From: Vicinamibacterales bacterium
Lineage (GTDB): Bacteria > Acidobacteriota > Vicinamibacteria > Vicinamibacterales > CAVVIG01
Direction: 5' to 3'
Assembly: GCA_035510155.1 (NCBI GenBank)
Contig: DATKHR010000065.1
Location: 8,911-72,910 of the forward strand
Length of the DNA stretch: 64,000 nt
Shown: positions 63,390-64,000 of the stretch, piece by piece
How the letters are laid out: the number at the start of each line of letters is the position of its first letter
Numbering within the stretch: position 1 is the first letter of the stretch
Position numbers and translations under genes: made by a program
The notes under the pieces: generated by a model
Database searches by the model: none
What the model was told of the DNA's origin: nothing
The model's input: only the letters and a program-made list of their open reading frames with translations

Positions 63390-64000
63390 GTGGACGTAAA
63401 AGCGCTCTCGGTTCCGACAATTGCCGCAACGGCGTGGCTGATGCATTTGTCTCTCGCGGTTTTCGCGAGTCAAACGCCGCAGGGTCCGGCGTCGCCGCCG
63501 CGCCTCACGCTCGTCAACGCCAACATCGTCAACGTCAGGGACGGCAGCATCAGACGCGGCGCCACCATTGAGCTGTCCGGGGGGCGCATCGCGTCTATCG
63601 GTGCATCGAGCGGGACCGCGACCGGCGCACGCGTGCTCGATCTGAAGGGCAAATACGTGCTGCCGGGCCTGATCGATGCGCATACTCACGCCTCGGATTT
63701 CGCCGCGTTCCGCCGCGCCCTCGAATCGGGCGTCACGACGGTTCGGAGCGCCGGGGTGTCGAACTTCGTCGATGTCGGCTTTCATCGGCTTGTCAGCGAC
63801 GGCGTGGTCGCGGGTCCCGACGTCATCTCGGCCGGATACCACGTCCGTCCCCAGATGGCGCAGGAAGCGTTTCTCGAGCATCCGGAACTCGCCGACCTGA
63901 TGTCCGGCGTGACGACGATCGAGCGGATCCGCAAGGCCGTGCAGATGAACCTGTCGCACGGCGTCAACTGGATCAAGGTTCTCGCGACCGATCGCGCGGG
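63390..64000 (+). CDS. secreted amidohydrolase family protein (3' end runs off the right edge)
   Basis: Absent from the ORF track. My translation from GTG 63390 (SD GAGGAGG upstream) gives VDVKALSVPTIAATAWLMHLSLAVFASQ...LTLVNANIVNVRDGSIRRGATIELSGGRIASIG...KGKYVLPGLIDAHTHA. The frame is open to the window end. Confidence 0.8.
   Translation, partial: MDVKALSVPTIAATAWLMHLSLAVFASQTPQGPASPPRLTLVNANIVNVRDGSIRRGATIELSGGRIASIGASSGTATGARVLDLKGKYVLPGLIDAHTHASDFAAFRRALESGVTTVRSAGVSNFVDVGFHRLVSDGVVAGPDVISAGYHVRPQMAQEAFLEHPELADLMSGVTTIERIRKAVQMNLSHGVNWIKVLATDRA

Overview
This is 64 kb of high-GC bacterial chromosome (about two-thirds G+C by eye), densely coding on both strands. The protein families look Acidobacteriota-like: two ~1000-aa CarboxypepD_reg/TonB-dependent-receptor-like outer-membrane proteins, tandem NHL propellers, secreted amidohydrolases, an ECF sigma/anti-sigma/DUF4097 module and an S9 peptidase. 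That taxonomic guess is inference only. All functional calls come from motifs I recognise in the translations; no database search was possible. I call 53 protein-coding genes, two of which are partial edge genes missing from the supplied ORF track. I also call one probable frameshifted gene, one tRNA-Leu(CAG), three hairpin terminators, several promoter-like boxes and a family of heptamer-periodic GT/CA-rich intergenic repeats. Core content is mreB-mreC-mreD-mrdA-rodA, rng, sppA, a ppiD-like chaperone, tsaD, folE, mtnA, a deoA-nupC-PNP-cdd nucleoside operon and thiolase/hbd. I saw no CRISPR array, rRNA, transposase, integrase or phage genes. Many track ORFs are high-GC antisense or 5'-extended artefacts, so I trimmed several starts. 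The most interesting items are: (1) a monocistronic 763-aa radical-SAM enzyme at 61056-63347 whose architecture resembles archaeal tetraether lipid synthase (Tes/GDGT-MAS), a candidate bacterial membrane-spanning-lipid synthase; (2) a block at ~8.4-14.9 kb that looks lower in GC and abuts the 3' side of tRNA-Leu, carrying a translationally coupled zinc-ribbon membrane protein + zinc-ribbon site-2 protease pair, a methyltransferase and a GT-C-like membrane protein; (3) a recurrent intergenic repeat family sharing exact 12-13-mers; (4) a pseudo-receiver + PilZ operon; (5) a 2xATPase/2xpermease ABC module with an anchored fifth protein; (6) a probable 1-nt frameshift in a TPR-like gene; (7) several genes with -10-like boxes directly abutting their start codons, suggesting leaderless mRNAs.
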